NCBI GenBank assembly: GCA_040904565.1
Contig: JBBDTI010000083.1
Coordinates: 12,543 to 76,542 of the forward strand
Direction of reading: 5' to 3'
DNA length: 64,000 nucleotides
Source: Rhodothermales bacterium
GTDB lineage: Bacteria; Bacteroidota; Rhodothermia; Rhodothermales; VXPQ01
Shown: piece after piece, positions 1-10,232 of the stretch
Layout of the letters: every line of letters begins with the position of its first letter
Numbering within the stretch: position 1 is the first letter of the stretch
Notes under the pieces: generated by a model
Database searches by the model: none
Seen by the model: the letters and a program-made list of their open reading frames with translations, nothing else
Told to the model about the DNA's origin: nothing
Program-made: the position numbers and the translations under genes

Positions 1-191
1 CCGCAATCGAACGACGAGCCCGCAAACCAGGACGTGGAGAAGCCCGTACATCCCTGTTCGAATCCGCGTTGCTGCTGAATGCTCAGGTGGGCTGAGGTTA
101 GCAGGCCCAGAACGGCCAGCCCGAACACGGCACGGTCGAGCACCGGCCGGTAGGCGTTAAAACGCTCGGAAACACGGCGAATTATCGTCAC
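1..191 (-). CDS. Vitamin K epoxide reductase (VKOR) family membrane protein, N-terminal part (runs off window start)
   Basis: Manual translation from GTG at 191: MTIIRRVSERFNAYRPVLDRAVFGLAVLGLLTSAHLSIQQQRGFEQGCTGFSTSWFAGSSFDC..; a TM helix followed by two loop cysteines, as in VKOR proteins. Confidence 0.6.
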   Translation of the reverse strand, partial: MTIIRRVSERFNAYRPVLDRAVFGLAVLGLLTSAHLSIQQQRGFEQGCTGFSTSWFAGSSFDC

Positions 192-417
192 GACGGTAGA
201 AAGGTGCGGGATGCGGGATGCGGAATTCGGATGAGTAGAACGCTCGAGATTTCGAAACAAGTTCGGACCTTCTTATGATCCCGCGGCATGATTCGGTTCC
301 GCCGTCCATGCAGGCGGACGCCAGACCTTTGCGCCCCCCTCTGGCCATCGCCTCTTTGTCAGGTCGACGCGTTGGCGCGCTTTTCCTACCTTACTATTCT
401 CAACGTCGGGGGACGGC

Positions 418-1386
418 ATGTCACCACAAAGATTGCTTCAGAACGAACGATTTCAGCAGTTTCTTTCGGAGGGTCCGGGGACGGCATTACTCGTCTCCGC
501 TCTGATCGTCCTGGGGGCCTTCGTGCTGTCACGTATGCTGAAGCGAATCATCCCCCGGTACATCGACGATCCCGACCGTCGCTACCGCGCCTCGAAACTA
601 ACGGCCCGCCTGGTCGGCTTCGCTGCCGTCGTGGCCATCGTCTTTGTCTGGTCGTCCGGGGACGGACCCGGTTTGGCCACCATCCTCACGCTGATCGGTG
701 CGGGTCTGGCCATCGCGCTACGCGAGGTCGTGCTCTCCTTCGTGGCGTGGATAAATATTGTCATCCACTCCCCCTTCGAACAGGGCGACCGCATCGAGAT
801 CAACGGCATTCAGGGCGACGTTATCGATATTCGGCTGCTGCACAGCACGCTGATGGAGACGGGAGGGTGGGTAAACGCCGATCAGAGTACAGGCCGCATC
901 GTACACTTCCCCAACGGCTGGCTGTACCAGTACGGGATCTACAACTACACGCATGGATTCAGATTCTTGTGGAACGAGATCCCGTTTACCATCACGTTTC
1001 GATCTGACTGGAATGCGGCGCGCGAGATCATGCTCGACCTCGCCTCCGAAACGGCCGAAATCGTCGAGCAACAGGTGAAGCGAGAGATTCAGCAGATGTC
1101 TCGAGAGTATCTCGTTCACTACAGCATCCTGACTCCGTTCGTGTATGTGCGGGTTACGTCGAACGGCGTGCAGCTGACCCTGCGCTATCTGGCCGAAGCG
1201 CGCAAGCGGCGCGGAACCGAGCATGCGCTGACCATGAGCATTCTGAACGCGTTTCGCGATCACGGTCAGATCGAGCTGGCCTACGGCATGGTCGGTGTGG
1301 CACAGATGGACTCGCCGCAGTTCGGACCGATGCCGGGGCCGGGCGGCCGGACGGGCGGATCGGCCGGCGGCGAAACGCGCCGGTAG
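418..1386 (+). CDS. MscS family small-conductance mechanosensitive channel
   Basis: Three N-terminal TM segments, then PFEQGDRIEING.QGDVIDI and HFPN motifs typical of the MscS beta domain. Confidence 0.9.
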   Translation: MSPQRLLQNERFQQFLSEGPGTALLVSALIVLGAFVLSRMLKRIIPRYIDDPDRRYRASKLTARLVGFAAVVAIVFVWSSGDGPGLATILTLIGAGLAIALREVVLSFVAWINIVIHSPFEQGDRIEINGIQGDVIDIRLLHSTLMETGGWVNADQSTGRIVHFPNGWLYQYGIYNYTHGFRFLWNEIPFTITFRSDWNAAREIMLDLASETAEIVEQQVKREIQQMSREYLVHYSILTPFVYVRVTSNGVQLTLRYLAEARKRRGTEHALTMSILNAFRDHGQIELAYGMVGVAQMDSPQFGPMPGPGGRTGGSAGGETRR

Positions 1387-1534
1387 TCGGGTTTGTAACC
1401 CGGTCTTCCCGTCACGTCCGTTGTGATGAACGTTCTGAGAATCCGCCGCCGGGGCAGGAGAGACGAGGCCTGATGCGGCCACCCACGCAGCGTACCTGTT
1501 GCAATTCGCGCTCCCCACGCGTACCTTCTCGTCG

Positions 1535-1630
1535 ATGATCGTCAACGACCTGCATAGCGCCCGTTCCAACCGGTGGTGGTGGCATCCTACCGGACAGTCT
1601 ACCGGACAGTGGGGCAATACGTGCACGTAA
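1535..1630 (+). CDS. trpL: trp operon leader peptide (31 aa, MIVNDLHSARSNRWWWHPTGQSTGQWGNTCT)
   Basis: Three tandem TGG codons at 1574-1582 plus a fourth at 1610; lies just upstream of a terminator hairpin and trpE. Confidence 0.85.
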   Translation: MIVNDLHSARSNRWWWHPTGQSTGQWGNTCT

Positions 1631-1673
1631 GTTGTCGATGATCGTACCGAATTGACGGCGACAGCCGCGGCCC

Positions 1674-1704
1674 CCCACTGTTCAAGCGAGCAGTGGGTTT
1701 TTTT
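1674..1704 (+). terminator. Attenuator terminator of the trp operon
   Basis: cccactgtt-caagcg-agcagtggg stem followed by T7; ggacagtgggg (1604-1614) can alternatively pair with ccccactgttc (1673-1683) as antiterminator. Confidence 0.85.
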
Positions 1705-1769
1705 ATTTCATCCCGGTGTGTTTTGTGGGACGACCGCGAAGCGCGCAGAATCTCATACGACGCATACAG

Positions 1770-3260
1770 ATGCATCTTGATGAATTCGAACAGCTGGTAG
1801 AAGCGCACCGCAAGCGCGGTGCCGGGAACGTCGTCGTGCCGGTGTTTCGGCGTCTCAGCGCGGATCTTCTTACGCCCGTTTCGGCCTTCCTAACGCTGCG
1901 CCGGAGGAGCCGGTACAGTTTCCTCCTCGAAAGCGTCGAAGGAGGCGAGAAGCTGGCCCGCTATTCGTTCCTCGGAAAGAACCCGTTCCGCATTTTGCGG
2001 GCATACGGCGGACACGTCACGGCGGAGGACGCAGGCGGCTCGGAGGAAGCGGTGGATGGGGACATTTTCGAAGCCGTGCAGCGGGAGCTCGACCGGTATA
2101 CGGAGATTAAAGTCAGCGGGGTGCCGCGATTCACGAGCGGTGCCGTCGGGTACCTCGGCTACGACGCCGTTCGCCTTATCGAACATCTGCCCGACGTACC
2201 GGAGGACGACCTGAAGTTACCGGATGCCACGTGGTGCTTTTACGACACCTTCGCGGCCTTCGACCACGTTAAACATCAGCTCGTGCTGATGTCGGGCGCT
2301 TTCGTCGACACGGATGCGGATCCGGCTGACGCGTATCACCGAGCCTCCGAGCGTATCGACGCGCTCGAAGGCGAACTTTCCGACACTACGATCCAGAGCC
2401 CGGATCCCGTTCGTATCCTGGACGAGGAAATGGATTCTAACTTCAAACGTGACGACTTCGAAGCAGCCGTCGAGCGCATCAAACGATATATCTACGAGGG
2501 CGATATCTTTCAAGCCGTGCTCTCGCAGCGTTTTTCAATGCCTTTCCGCGGCGATCGAATCAATCTCTATCGAGCTCTCAGGCAGGTCAATCCGTCCCCC
2601 TATCTCTTTTACCTCGACTTCGACGGCTTCGCGCTGATCGGCTCCTCACCGGAAGTCCTGGTTCGCGTCGAAGAAGGGACGGCGGAAGTGCTCCCCATCG
2701 CCGGCACGCGTGCTCGTGGATCGACGGAGGATGAGGATGCTCGTCTCGAGGCTGAGCTTCTTGCCGATCCCAAGGAACGTGCGGAGCACCTGATGCTTGT
2801 CGACCTCGGTCGCAATGACCTCGGTCGCGTGTGTCGATACGGATCCGTCCACGTCGATCGGTATGCCTACGTGGAGCGTTATTCCCACGTCATGCACATC
2901 GTATCCTCCGTCTCGGGACGCCTGGAGCGCGATGAAGGCGTCATGAAGGTTCTGGGCGCCTGTTTCCCTGCGGGAACGGTCAGCGGTGCACCGAAGGTAC
3001 GAGCGATGGAAATCATAGACGAACTGGAGCCGACGAAACGCGGCGCGTATGCCGGCGCGGTGGGTCACGTCGACTATTCGGGCAACATGGATACGTGCAT
3101 CGCCATTCGAACGATGGTCGTTCACGACCACCGCATCTACGTCCAGGCCGGCGCCGGCATCGTGGCCGACAGCGACCCGGAGCGTGAATACGAGGAAACG
3201 GTTAACAAGGCTCGCGCTTTGAAGGAAGCGATCTTGATGGCCGCCGAGGGCCTGCTTTAA
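1770..3260 (+). CDS. trpE: Anthranilate synthase component I
   Basis: [47 protein letters not shown] and [11 protein letters not shown] motifs; ATG 1770 preferred over GTG 1716. Confidence 0.97.
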   Translation: MHLDEFEQLVEAHRKRGAGNVVVPVFRRLSADLLTPVSAFLTLRRRSRYSFLLESVEGGEKLARYSFLGKNPFRILRAYGGHVTAEDAGGSEEAVDGDIFEAVQRELDRYTEIKVSGVPRFTSGAVGYLGYDAVRLIEHLPDVPEDDLKLPDATWCFYDTFAAFDHVKHQLVLMSGAFVDTDADPADAYHRASERIDALEGELSDTTIQSPDPVRILDEEMDSNFKRDDFEAAVERIKRYIYEGDIFQAVLSQRFSMPFRGDRINLYRALRQVNPSPYLFYLDFDGFALIGSSPEVLVRVEEGTAEVLPIAGTRARGSTEDEDARLEAELLADPKERAEHLMLVDLGRNDLGRVCRYGSVHVDRYAYVERYSHVMHIVSSVSGRLERDEGVMKVLGACFPAGTVSGAPKVRAMEIIDELEPTKRGAYAGAVGHVDYSGNMDTCIAIRTMVVHDHRIYVQAGAGIVADSDPEREYEETVNKARALKEAILMAAEGLL

Positions 3261-3331
3261 GGAACGGGGGACCTCATCCCGAACGGGCGATACGGTGAAA
3301 GGAATTCTATCACGGAACGAGCAAGGTAAGC

Positions 3332-3796
3332 ATGGGACTCAAGGAACTCTTTCTCAACAAGGGCTGGGCCGGCAAGACACTCTCCCGGCAGGAAACGGTT
3401 GAGCGCATCAATCCGCTGCTCCGAACGCACTACGAGCTCAATCGGGCCTATGAATATGCCATCCGGAATCTGTCGGACGCCGAGACGGCCGACCGGCTCG
3501 AGGTCTTACAAAAGACGGCAAGGGGCGACGTCGGCAAATTAAGTGAGACGGTGCTGAGCGCCGGCGGCGTAGCCTACAACGGCACGGATCTCGAGCCGGG
3601 TGACGTCGACCTCGGCTCGAACGATGCGTCCATCTTAGGCGAGCTGGAGCGCCTCGAGTCCGCCCTCGCGGCAGCACTCGATGAGGAGCTGGAAGAGGAG
3701 CACCAGATTCGCACGCGTGCCATTCTGGGCGTCGTACGTAATAACAGCCGCGAACGACTCGACTACGTCCGTCGCGCCGCGAGAAATGCCCAGTAG
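3332..3796 (+). CDS. Ferritin-like four-helix bundle protein (DUF2383-like)
   Basis: 154 aa, helical, AY..AI....D...L / L...GG pattern resembling ferritin-like DUF2383 proteins. Confidence 0.55.
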   Translation: MGLKELFLNKGWAGKTLSRQETVERINPLLRTHYELNRAYEYAIRNLSDAETADRLEVLQKTARGDVGKLSETVLSAGGVAYNGTDLEPGDVDLGSNDASILGELERLESALAAALDEELEEEHQIRTRAILGVVRNNSRERLDYVRRAARNAQ

Positions 3797-3864
3797 CCGC
3801 TACCTACCCTGCCTGTTCGTCCGCTTGCGCCGCCCCCTTCCAACCACCACGACATCCCCAACCC

Positions 3865-4920
3865 ATGAATGACGTACGGACCCGACCCGGGCGCACACAA
3901 CCGAGCGACGAGGTGGCCCGTTCACCCGTCGTCGTTTCTGGAATCCAGCCGTCGGGCACCCTCCACCTGGGGAACTATTTTGGCGCTCTCCGACAGCATA
4001 TTCAGCTGCACAGGCAGCACGAGGCCTTCTACTTCATCGTTAACTATCATGCATTGACGACGATGCAGGACGCGGACGAGCTCAGGCGCTACACGTTGGA
4101 CGTCGCGCTCGACTACCTCGCACTGGGATTCGATCCGAACCAGGCCCATTTGTTCGTTCAGAGCGACGTGCCGGAAGTTACGGAGCTCGCCTGGATATTC
4201 TACAACCTCACGACGGTCTCTCAGCTCGAGAAGGGGGTGGCGTATAAGGACAAGGTCGCTCAGGGACTCGTGCCCAATGCCGGACTCTTTAATTACCCGG
4301 TCCTTCAGGCGGCGGACATTCTCATTTATGGGGGGTCTCTCGTTCCCGTGGGCGCGGATCAGAAGCAGCATATCGAGATGACGCGCGATATCGCCGAGCG
4401 CTTCAATCGAATATATTGTGACGATGACGAACCCCTGTTTCCCGTGCCGGAACCGCATATTCTGGACGACGTCGCCGTCGTTCCCGGTATCGACGGGCGT
4501 AAGATGTCCAAGAGCTACGGCAACACGATCGCTATTTTCGACGAAGGTAAGACGTTGAAAAAGAAGGTCATGAGCATCGTGACCGATTCCACGCCGCTGG
4601 ACGAACCGAAGGACCCTGACCGGGACAACGTGTTCGCACTCATCAAGCTGTTTGCCGACGACGAGACGCGGGACCGCATCGAAGCGTCATATCTCCAGGG
4701 CGGATACGGTTACGGCCACGCCAAGAAGGAGCTGATCGGGTTGATCGACGACTATTTCGGCGAGGCGCGCGAGCGTAGAAAGGAACTGGCCGGCCGTCCC
4801 GATTTCGTGCGGGACGTGCTCCGCGACGGTGCGCGATCGGCCAGACGGCGAGCGGCCGGATGTATGGCGAAGGTGCGCGACCACGTCGGGCTTATAACGA
4901 CATACGGTGAGGCGCCATGA
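3865..4920 (+). CDS. trpS: Tryptophanyl-tRNA synthetase
   Basis: SGIQPSG.LHLGNY (HIGH), YPVLQAADIL, VPVGADQ and KMSKS motifs. Confidence 0.97.
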   Translation: MNDVRTRPGRTQPSDEVARSPVVVSGIQPSGTLHLGNYFGALRQHIQLHRQHEAFYFIVNYHALTTMQDADELRRYTLDVALDYLALGFDPNQAHLFVQSDVPEVTELAWIFYNLTTVSQLEKGVAYKDKVAQGLVPNAGLFNYPVLQAADILIYGGSLVPVGADQKQHIEMTRDIAERFNRIYCDDDEPLFPVPEPHILDDVAVVPGIDGRKMSKSYGNTIAIFDEGKTLKKKVMSIVTDSTPLDEPKDPDRDNVFALIKLFADDETRDRIEASYLQGGYGYGHAKKELIGLIDDYFGEARERRKELAGRPDFVRDVLRDGARSARRRAAGCMAKVRDHVGLITTYGEAP

Positions 4921-5507
4921 TTCTCATCATCGATAATTACGACTCGTTCACGTACAACCTCGTTCACCTGGTGGGAACGCACACGGACGATTTAAGGGTC
5001 GTTCGAAACGACGCCATGACCACGGAAGACGTGATGGACCTCGCTCCCGAGGGACTCCTGATTTCTCCGGGGCCGGGCCGTCCAGTCGATGCCGGGATCT
5101 CGGAATCTCTGATCCGGCATCTCGGAGCTACGACGCCCATTCTCGGCGTGTGCCTCGGACATCAGGCCATCGGAGAGGTATACGGCGGGCGGGTTACGTA
5201 TGCCCCCACGCTCATGCACGGTAAGACCAGCCGAATCAAGCACGACGGCCGAACCGTCTTCAGCGGCATCAAAAGTCCGTTCACGGCGACCCGGTATCAT
5301 TCCCTGGTCGTAGACCCTAGCGGTCTGCCCGACGAGCTGGAGATTTCCGCGCACACCGAGGACGGCGTCATCATGGGCCTACGCCACCGGAAGCATCCCG
5401 TTGAAGGCATACAATTTCATCCGGAGAGCGTCCTGACCAGTGTCGGGCCGCGCATCATCGACAACTGGTTGGAGCGTGTTCTGGCACCGTCCGCGCATAC
5501 GCATTGA
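4917..5507 (+). CDS. trpG: Anthranilate synthase component II (glutamine amidotransferase)
   Basis: IDNYDSFTYNL, SPGPG, GVCLGHQ and QFHPES motifs. Confidence 0.96.
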   Translation: MILIIDNYDSFTYNLVHLVGTHTDDLRVVRNDAMTTEDVMDLAPEGLLISPGPGRPVDAGISESLIRHLGATTPILGVCLGHQAIGEVYGGRVTYAPTLMHGKTSRIKHDGRTVFSGIKSPFTATRYHSLVVDPSGLPDELEISAHTEDGVIMGLRHRKHPVEGIQFHPESVLTSVGPRIIDNWLERVLAPSAHTH

Positions 5508-5555
5508 TCCTCCGCACAGGCACAACGTGAATTACTACGACCACGCGACCTGACT

Positions 5556-6635
5556 ATGAACGAATTTCTTTCGACGATAGCGGACGGCGGCACTCTCGGC
5601 GTCGAAGAGGCCGAGTCTGCCATGCACGTGCTGATGAAGGGGGTATCCGATCCTGCCCTCGTCGCGGCATTTCTGGTCGGACTCCGAGCGCGGGGCGAGA
5701 CCGTCGACGAACTGGTCGGATTTACGCGCGTCATGCGAGACTATGCTGTTTCCGTCGACGCAGGCGACCCGGACGCGGTCGACCTCTGCGGCACTGGCGG
5801 TGACGCGAGTGGGACGTTCAACATCTCGACGGCCGCCTCGCTCGTCTGCGCGGGGACGGGGATTACCGTCGCCAAGCATGGAAATCGATCGGTTTCCTCG
5901 AACTGCGGATCCGCCGACGTACTGGAGGCCCTCGGCGTGCAGGTAGAATTGAAAAAGCCCGGCGTGGAATACTGCTTCGAGAAAGCGGGCATCGCCTTCA
6001 TGTACGCCCCCTTCTTTCATCCGGCCATGCGGCACGTCATGCCCGTCCGCAGGAAACTGGGCATCCGCACCTTCTTCAACATTCTAGGCCCCCTCTGCAA
6101 TCCAGCCGGCGTCCGCCGGCAGCTCGTCGGGGCCTTCGACGCGCAAACGGCGCAGACGATCACGTCCATCCTCGAACAGCTCGACGCGCGGCACGTAATG
6201 GCCGTACACTCCGCCGACGGGATGGACGAGGTGTCCCTGTCGGACGAAACGATCGTCTTCGAGTTTGCCTCGGGCGACAATGGTGAAACGTGGCTAACCT
6301 TCTCGGGTGAGGACGACGATGTCGCCGATCGCGACGTGACCAAGAAACGCCGTATCAGTCCGGAAGACTTCGGATTCGGCCGTTTCCCGCGGAAGGCACT
6401 TCGCGGCGGCAACGCCACGGAGAATGCACAGATTCTGACGTCTATTCTCGTGGGAGAGCCCGGCCCGGCCCGGGACGTCACGGTCATGAACGCGGCCTGT
6501 GCCATTCACACGAGCGGCCGTTATTCAGGCATGGAAGCGTGCCGGGCCGCCGCCGAGGAAAGCATCGACTCCGGTCGTGCCCGCGATGTCTTGAAGAAGC
6601 TGGTCGAGGCATCCAATAACGCGCCCGCGTCATGA
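5556..6635 (+). CDS. trpD: Anthranilate phosphoribosyltransferase
   Basis: DLCGTGGD..TFNIST, KHGNRSVSS..GSADVLEALG and RTFFNILGPL motifs. Confidence 0.97.
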   Translation: MNEFLSTIADGGTLGVEEAESAMHVLMKGVSDPALVAAFLVGLRARGETVDELVGFTRVMRDYAVSVDAGDPDAVDLCGTGGDASGTFNISTAASLVCAGTGITVAKHGNRSVSSNCGSADVLEALGVQVELKKPGVEYCFEKAGIAFMYAPFFHPAMRHVMPVRRKLGIRTFFNILGPLCNPAGVRRQLVGAFDAQTAQTITSILEQLDARHVMAVHSADGMDEVSLSDETIVFEFASGDNGETWLTFSGEDDDVADRDVTKKRRISPEDFGFGRFPRKALRGGNATENAQILTSILVGEPGPARDVTVMNAACAIHTSGRYSGMEACRAAAEESIDSGRARDVLKKLVEASNNAPAS

Positions 6636-7429
6636 CGATTCTCGATCGCATCGTTCAGGACACGAAGGAGCTGGTCGCCGAGCGTAAGAACGTTCGATCC
6701 ATCTCGCACCTGGAGACCCTCCCGCTTTTCGATCGCGTTCCGCTGCCGCTCGAGGCGGTGCTTCGCGGCGAGCAGCTCGCCGTGATCAGTGAAATCAAGA
6801 AGGCATCGCCGTCGAAGGGCGTCATTCGGCATGAGTTTCACCCTGTTGAGATTGCACGACAGTACGTCCGGGGGGGGGCGGCCGCTATATCGGTTCTTAC
6901 GGAGCCCGATTATTTTCAGGGGTCCATCGAAACGCTCGCCGCCGTGCGCGAGCAGGTGTCGATCCCTCTTCTCCGAAAGGATTTCATCGTCGACCCGTAT
7001 CAACTTGTGGAGGCCAGGGCGTACGGCGCCGACGCCGTACTCTTGATTGCCGCCGTACTCGACCGCGGCAGGCTGGCGGATCTGCTTCAAGCGGCCGGAT
7101 CGCTCGGGCTCTCCGCCCTCGTCGAGGTGTACGACCTCCAGGAGCTCGACCGGATCGATTTCGACGACGTTTCGATTCTCGGCGTTAACAACCGCGACCT
7201 GCGCACGTTCGAGGTAGACATCAATCATTCCCTGACTGTCTTCGCTCACGTTCCGGAATCGATACTGCGCGTTTCAGAAAGCGGCCTCCGATCGGCCCGG
7301 CAGCTGAGGCACCTCCACGATCATGGCGTCGACGCCGTACTGATCGGCGAGACCTTCATGCGGGAAGACGATCCCGGCCAAGCGCTTGCATCTTTGCGAC
7401 GAGACGTCGAACGGACACCTGAAGTATGA
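6632..7429 (+). CDS. trpC: Indole-3-glycerol phosphate synthase
   Basis: EIKKASPSKG, ISVLTE, LRKDF, GVNNRDL and VSESG motifs. Confidence 0.97.
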   Translation: MTILDRIVQDTKELVAERKNVRSISHLETLPLFDRVPLPLEAVLRGEQLAVISEIKKASPSKGVIRHEFHPVEIARQYVRGGAAAISVLTEPDYFQGSIETLAAVREQVSIPLLRKDFIVDPYQLVEARAYGADAVLLIAAVLDRGRLADLLQAAGSLGLSALVEVYDLQELDRIDFDDVSILGVNNRDLRTFEVDINHSLTVFAHVPESILRVSESGLRSARQLRHLHDHGVDAVLIGETFMREDDPGQALASLRRDVERTPEV

Positions 7430-8079
7430 CGATACGGCTTAAGATATGCGGCATCACGCGACTTGAAGACGCCCGGTATGCCGCCGCGGCCGGGGCCGAT
7501 TATCTTGGATTCATACAGTACCGGGAAAGCCCGCGGTACATCGAACCGGCCCGCGTACGTGAGATCGTCGACTGGATCTACGGACCGGATCCGGTGGGCG
7601 TCTTCGTCGACGAAACGGCAGCGGACGTCAATCGCATCGCCGACGAAGCGGGCTTCACGCTGGTTCAGCTGCACGGAGACGAGCCCGTGTTCGAGGTGGC
7701 CCGGATCGACCGTCCCGTCATCAAGGCGATCCGCGTCGCTCCCGACACGACGACGGACGCGTTGCGGAGACAGCTCCGCGCGTATGAGAACGTCGTAGAT
7801 CACTTTTTGCTGGATACCCACTCGGCGGCGCTCCGCGGCGGTACGGGCGAGGCATTCGACTGGGAGGTCGCCCGGGGGCTGTCGGCGGACTATGACCTGT
7901 TTCTGGCGGGGGGCGTTGGTGCCGACAACGTGCAGCAGGGCGTCCGTCTGCTGGATCCCTTCGGCGTGGACGTATCGAGTTCGCTCGAGGTCGAACCCGG
8001 GATCAAGGACTTTACGAAGATAGACACCTTCATGCGTGCATTCGACACCCTTTCCTCCACGTCTCGAACCAACAGCTGA
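7426..8079 (+). CDS. trpF: Phosphoribosylanthranilate isomerase
   Basis: KICGIT, QLHGDE, GGTGEAFDW, LAGG and GVDVSS motifs. Confidence 0.96.
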   Translation: MTIRLKICGITRLEDARYAAAAGADYLGFIQYRESPRYIEPARVREIVDWIYGPDPVGVFVDETAADVNRIADEAGFTLVQLHGDEPVFEVARIDRPVIKAIRVAPDTTTDALRRQLRAYENVVDHFLLDTHSAALRGGTGEAFDWEVARGLSADYDLFLAGGVGADNVQQGVRLLDPFGVDVSSSLEVEPGIKDFTKIDTFMRAFDTLSSTSRTNS

Positions 8080-8082
8080 TCC

Positions 8083-9273
8083 ATGCCGCAAGCCCACCCC
8101 ATCCCCGACGAGCGAGGCCACTTCGGCGTGTACGGAGGCGTGTTCGTCCCCGAGATACTCATTCCGGCGGTTACGCGCCTCCGTGAAGCCTATGAAGAGG
8201 CGCGTGACGACGAGTCCTTCCAGGAAACCTATCACGAACTCCTGGAAACGTACGTAGGTCGACCGACCGCCCTTACGTATTGCAATCGACTGACCGACGA
8301 GCTCGGGGGACCGAAAATCTACCTGAAGCGCGAGGACCTGTGTCACACGGGGGCGCACAAGATCAACAATACGATCGGACAGATTCTTCTTGCTCGCCGG
8401 ATGGGCAAGACACGCATCATCGCGGAGACGGGCGCGGGCCAACACGGCGTCGCCACCGCCACCGTATGTGCGAAGTTCGGTATGCAGTGCATCGTATATA
8501 TGGGGGACGAAGATGTAGAGCGTCAGCACCTGAATGTATTGAGGATGAAACTCCTCGGCGCTGAGGTCCGAGCGGTTTCCAGCGGAAGCAAGACGCTGAA
8601 GGACGCAACGAACGAGGCCATTCGCGACTGGGTTACGAACGTCTCCGACACGTTCTACATTATCGGTTCAGTCGTCGGCCCGCACCCGTATCCCATGATG
8701 GTGCGCGACTTCCAACGTGTCATAGGAGACGAGACACGGCGCCAGCTTCTGGAGGCGGAAGGTCGCGAAACCCCGGACGCCGCACTGGCGTGCGTGGGCG
8801 GCGGGTCGAACGCCATGGGGCTCTTCTATCCCTTCCTGCGCGACGCCGGCGTTCGCCTGCAGGGCGTTGAAGCGGCCGGTGAAGGACTCGACAAACGCCA
8901 TGCGGCAACGCTCACCAAGGGTACGCGCGGTATCCTCCACGGTACGATGAGTTATCTGCTCCAGAATGACGAGGGGCAGATCGAGCTGGCCCACTCGATT
9001 TCGGCCGGACTCGACTATCCGGGGGTGGGTCCCGAGCATGCCTTCCTGCGTGACGCCGGCCGCGTCAATTATGCGTCGGTAACGGACGAGGAGGCCATGG
9101 AGGGCGTTAAGCTGCTCTCGCGTACGGAGGGCATCATCCCGGCACTCGAAACCGCCCATGCCATCGCCTACCTCCCACAGCTCGCATCCGAGATGCGGCC
9201 CGACGAGATTATTGTCGTCAATTGTTCCGGTCGCGGCGATAAGGACATGGGTACGATCTCCGGGTATCTATAG
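8083..9273 (+). CDS. trpB: Tryptophan synthase beta chain
   Basis: [30 protein letters not shown] and SGRGDKD motifs. Confidence 0.98.
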   Translation: MPQAHPIPDERGHFGVYGGVFVPEILIPAVTRLREAYEEARDDESFQETYHELLETYVGRPTALTYCNRLTDELGGPKIYLKREDLCHTGAHKINNTIGQILLARRMGKTRIIAETGAGQHGVATATVCAKFGMQCIVYMGDEDVERQHLNVLRMKLLGAEVRAVSSGSKTLKDATNEAIRDWVTNVSDTFYIIGSVVGPHPYPMMVRDFQRVIGDETRRQLLEAEGRETPDAALACVGGGSNAMGLFYPFLRDAGVRLQGVEAAGEGLDKRHAATLTKGTRGILHGTMSYLLQNDEGQIELAHSISAGLDYPGVGPEHAFLRDAGRVNYASVTDEEAMEGVKLLSRTEGIIPALETAHAIAYLPQLASEMRPDEIIVVNCSGRGDKDMGTISGYL

Positions 9274-9335
9274 GAATATACCGAAAACGCCCGATCTCAC
9301 ACAGGTACTACCAACAGGAGCGCCCCGCGGAATAC

Positions 9336-10175
9336 ATGTCACGAATTCGAGAAACGCTAGAGACTTGCCGGCAGCGTGGTGAGAAGGCGATGGGCCTGTT
9401 CCTTACGAGCGGATTCCCGGACGCCGAGAGCACGCTTCCGATTCTCAGGGAAATGGACCGGGGCGGCGCAGATTTCGTCGAGCTGGGCATGCCCTTCAGC
9501 GATCCGCTTGCCGAAGGATTGCCCATTCAGCGCTCCAGCGAACGTGCCCTCCGTGGGGGCGCGCGCATGAAAGATGCGCTGGAAACCGCACGCTCCTTTC
9601 GAGCCGAAAGCGATACGCCGCTCCTCCTGATGGGCTACGTCAATCCAATCCACCGATACGGCATCGCCTCGTTCTGCCGGGATGCCCGAGATGCGGGCGT
9701 TGACGGTCTCATCCTCGCCGACCTGCCGCTCGAAGAGTCGTCCGTCATCGCGGAGGCCGCGGCCTCCGCCGGGCTCGGACTCGTCAACCTGATCGCCCCA
9801 AACAGCGGCGAGGAACGGATCCAGCGTATCGACGACGTCACGACGGCATTCGTGTATGCGGTATCGGTCACCGGACTGACGGGATCCGGATTCGGATCGG
9901 TTGAGAACGTCGAAGCCTATCTGCGGCGAGCGCGGCAGCTCGTTACAGCCAATCCACTCCTCGTAGGATTCGGCATCAAAACCCACGAAGACGCGGAGCG
10001 ATTGAGTCAAAACACGGACGGTTTCATCGTCGGATCGGCGCTCATCGAGCACGTGGAAAAACTCTGGGCCGACCGTTCTCTGTCCACGAAAGCGCGCCTC
10101 AGTGAGGTTCGCCGCTTTGTCGCCGCACTCAAACATGGGAACGAGGTGTCGGCCGCCGGGACGCCCGGCGCATAA
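9336..10175 (+). CDS. trpA: Tryptophan synthase alpha chain
   Basis: [32 protein letters not shown] and DGFIVGSA motifs. Confidence 0.97.
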   Translation: MSRIRETLETCRQRGEKAMGLFLTSGFPDAESTLPILREMDRGGADFVELGMPFSDPLAEGLPIQRSSERALRGGARMKDALETARSFRAESDTPLLLMGYVNPIHRYGIASFCRDARDAGVDGLILADLPLEESSVIAEAAASAGLGLVNLIAPNSGEERIQRIDDVTTAFVYAVSVTGLTGSGFGSVENVEAYLRRARQLVTANPLLVGFGIKTHEDAERLSQNTDGFIVGSALIEHVEKLWADRSLSTKARLSEVRRFVAALKHGNEVSAAGTPGA

Positions 10176-10232
10176 GCAACTCTCCGGCGTCCGTACGCGT
10201 TGCATGGCTGACTTTACCACCAATTATAGCTC

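Noticed and set aside
6265-6345. Acidic insertion in TrpD (SGDNGETWLTFSGEDDDVADRD)
   Set aside because: Likely a surface-loop indel; too short for an intein or domain.
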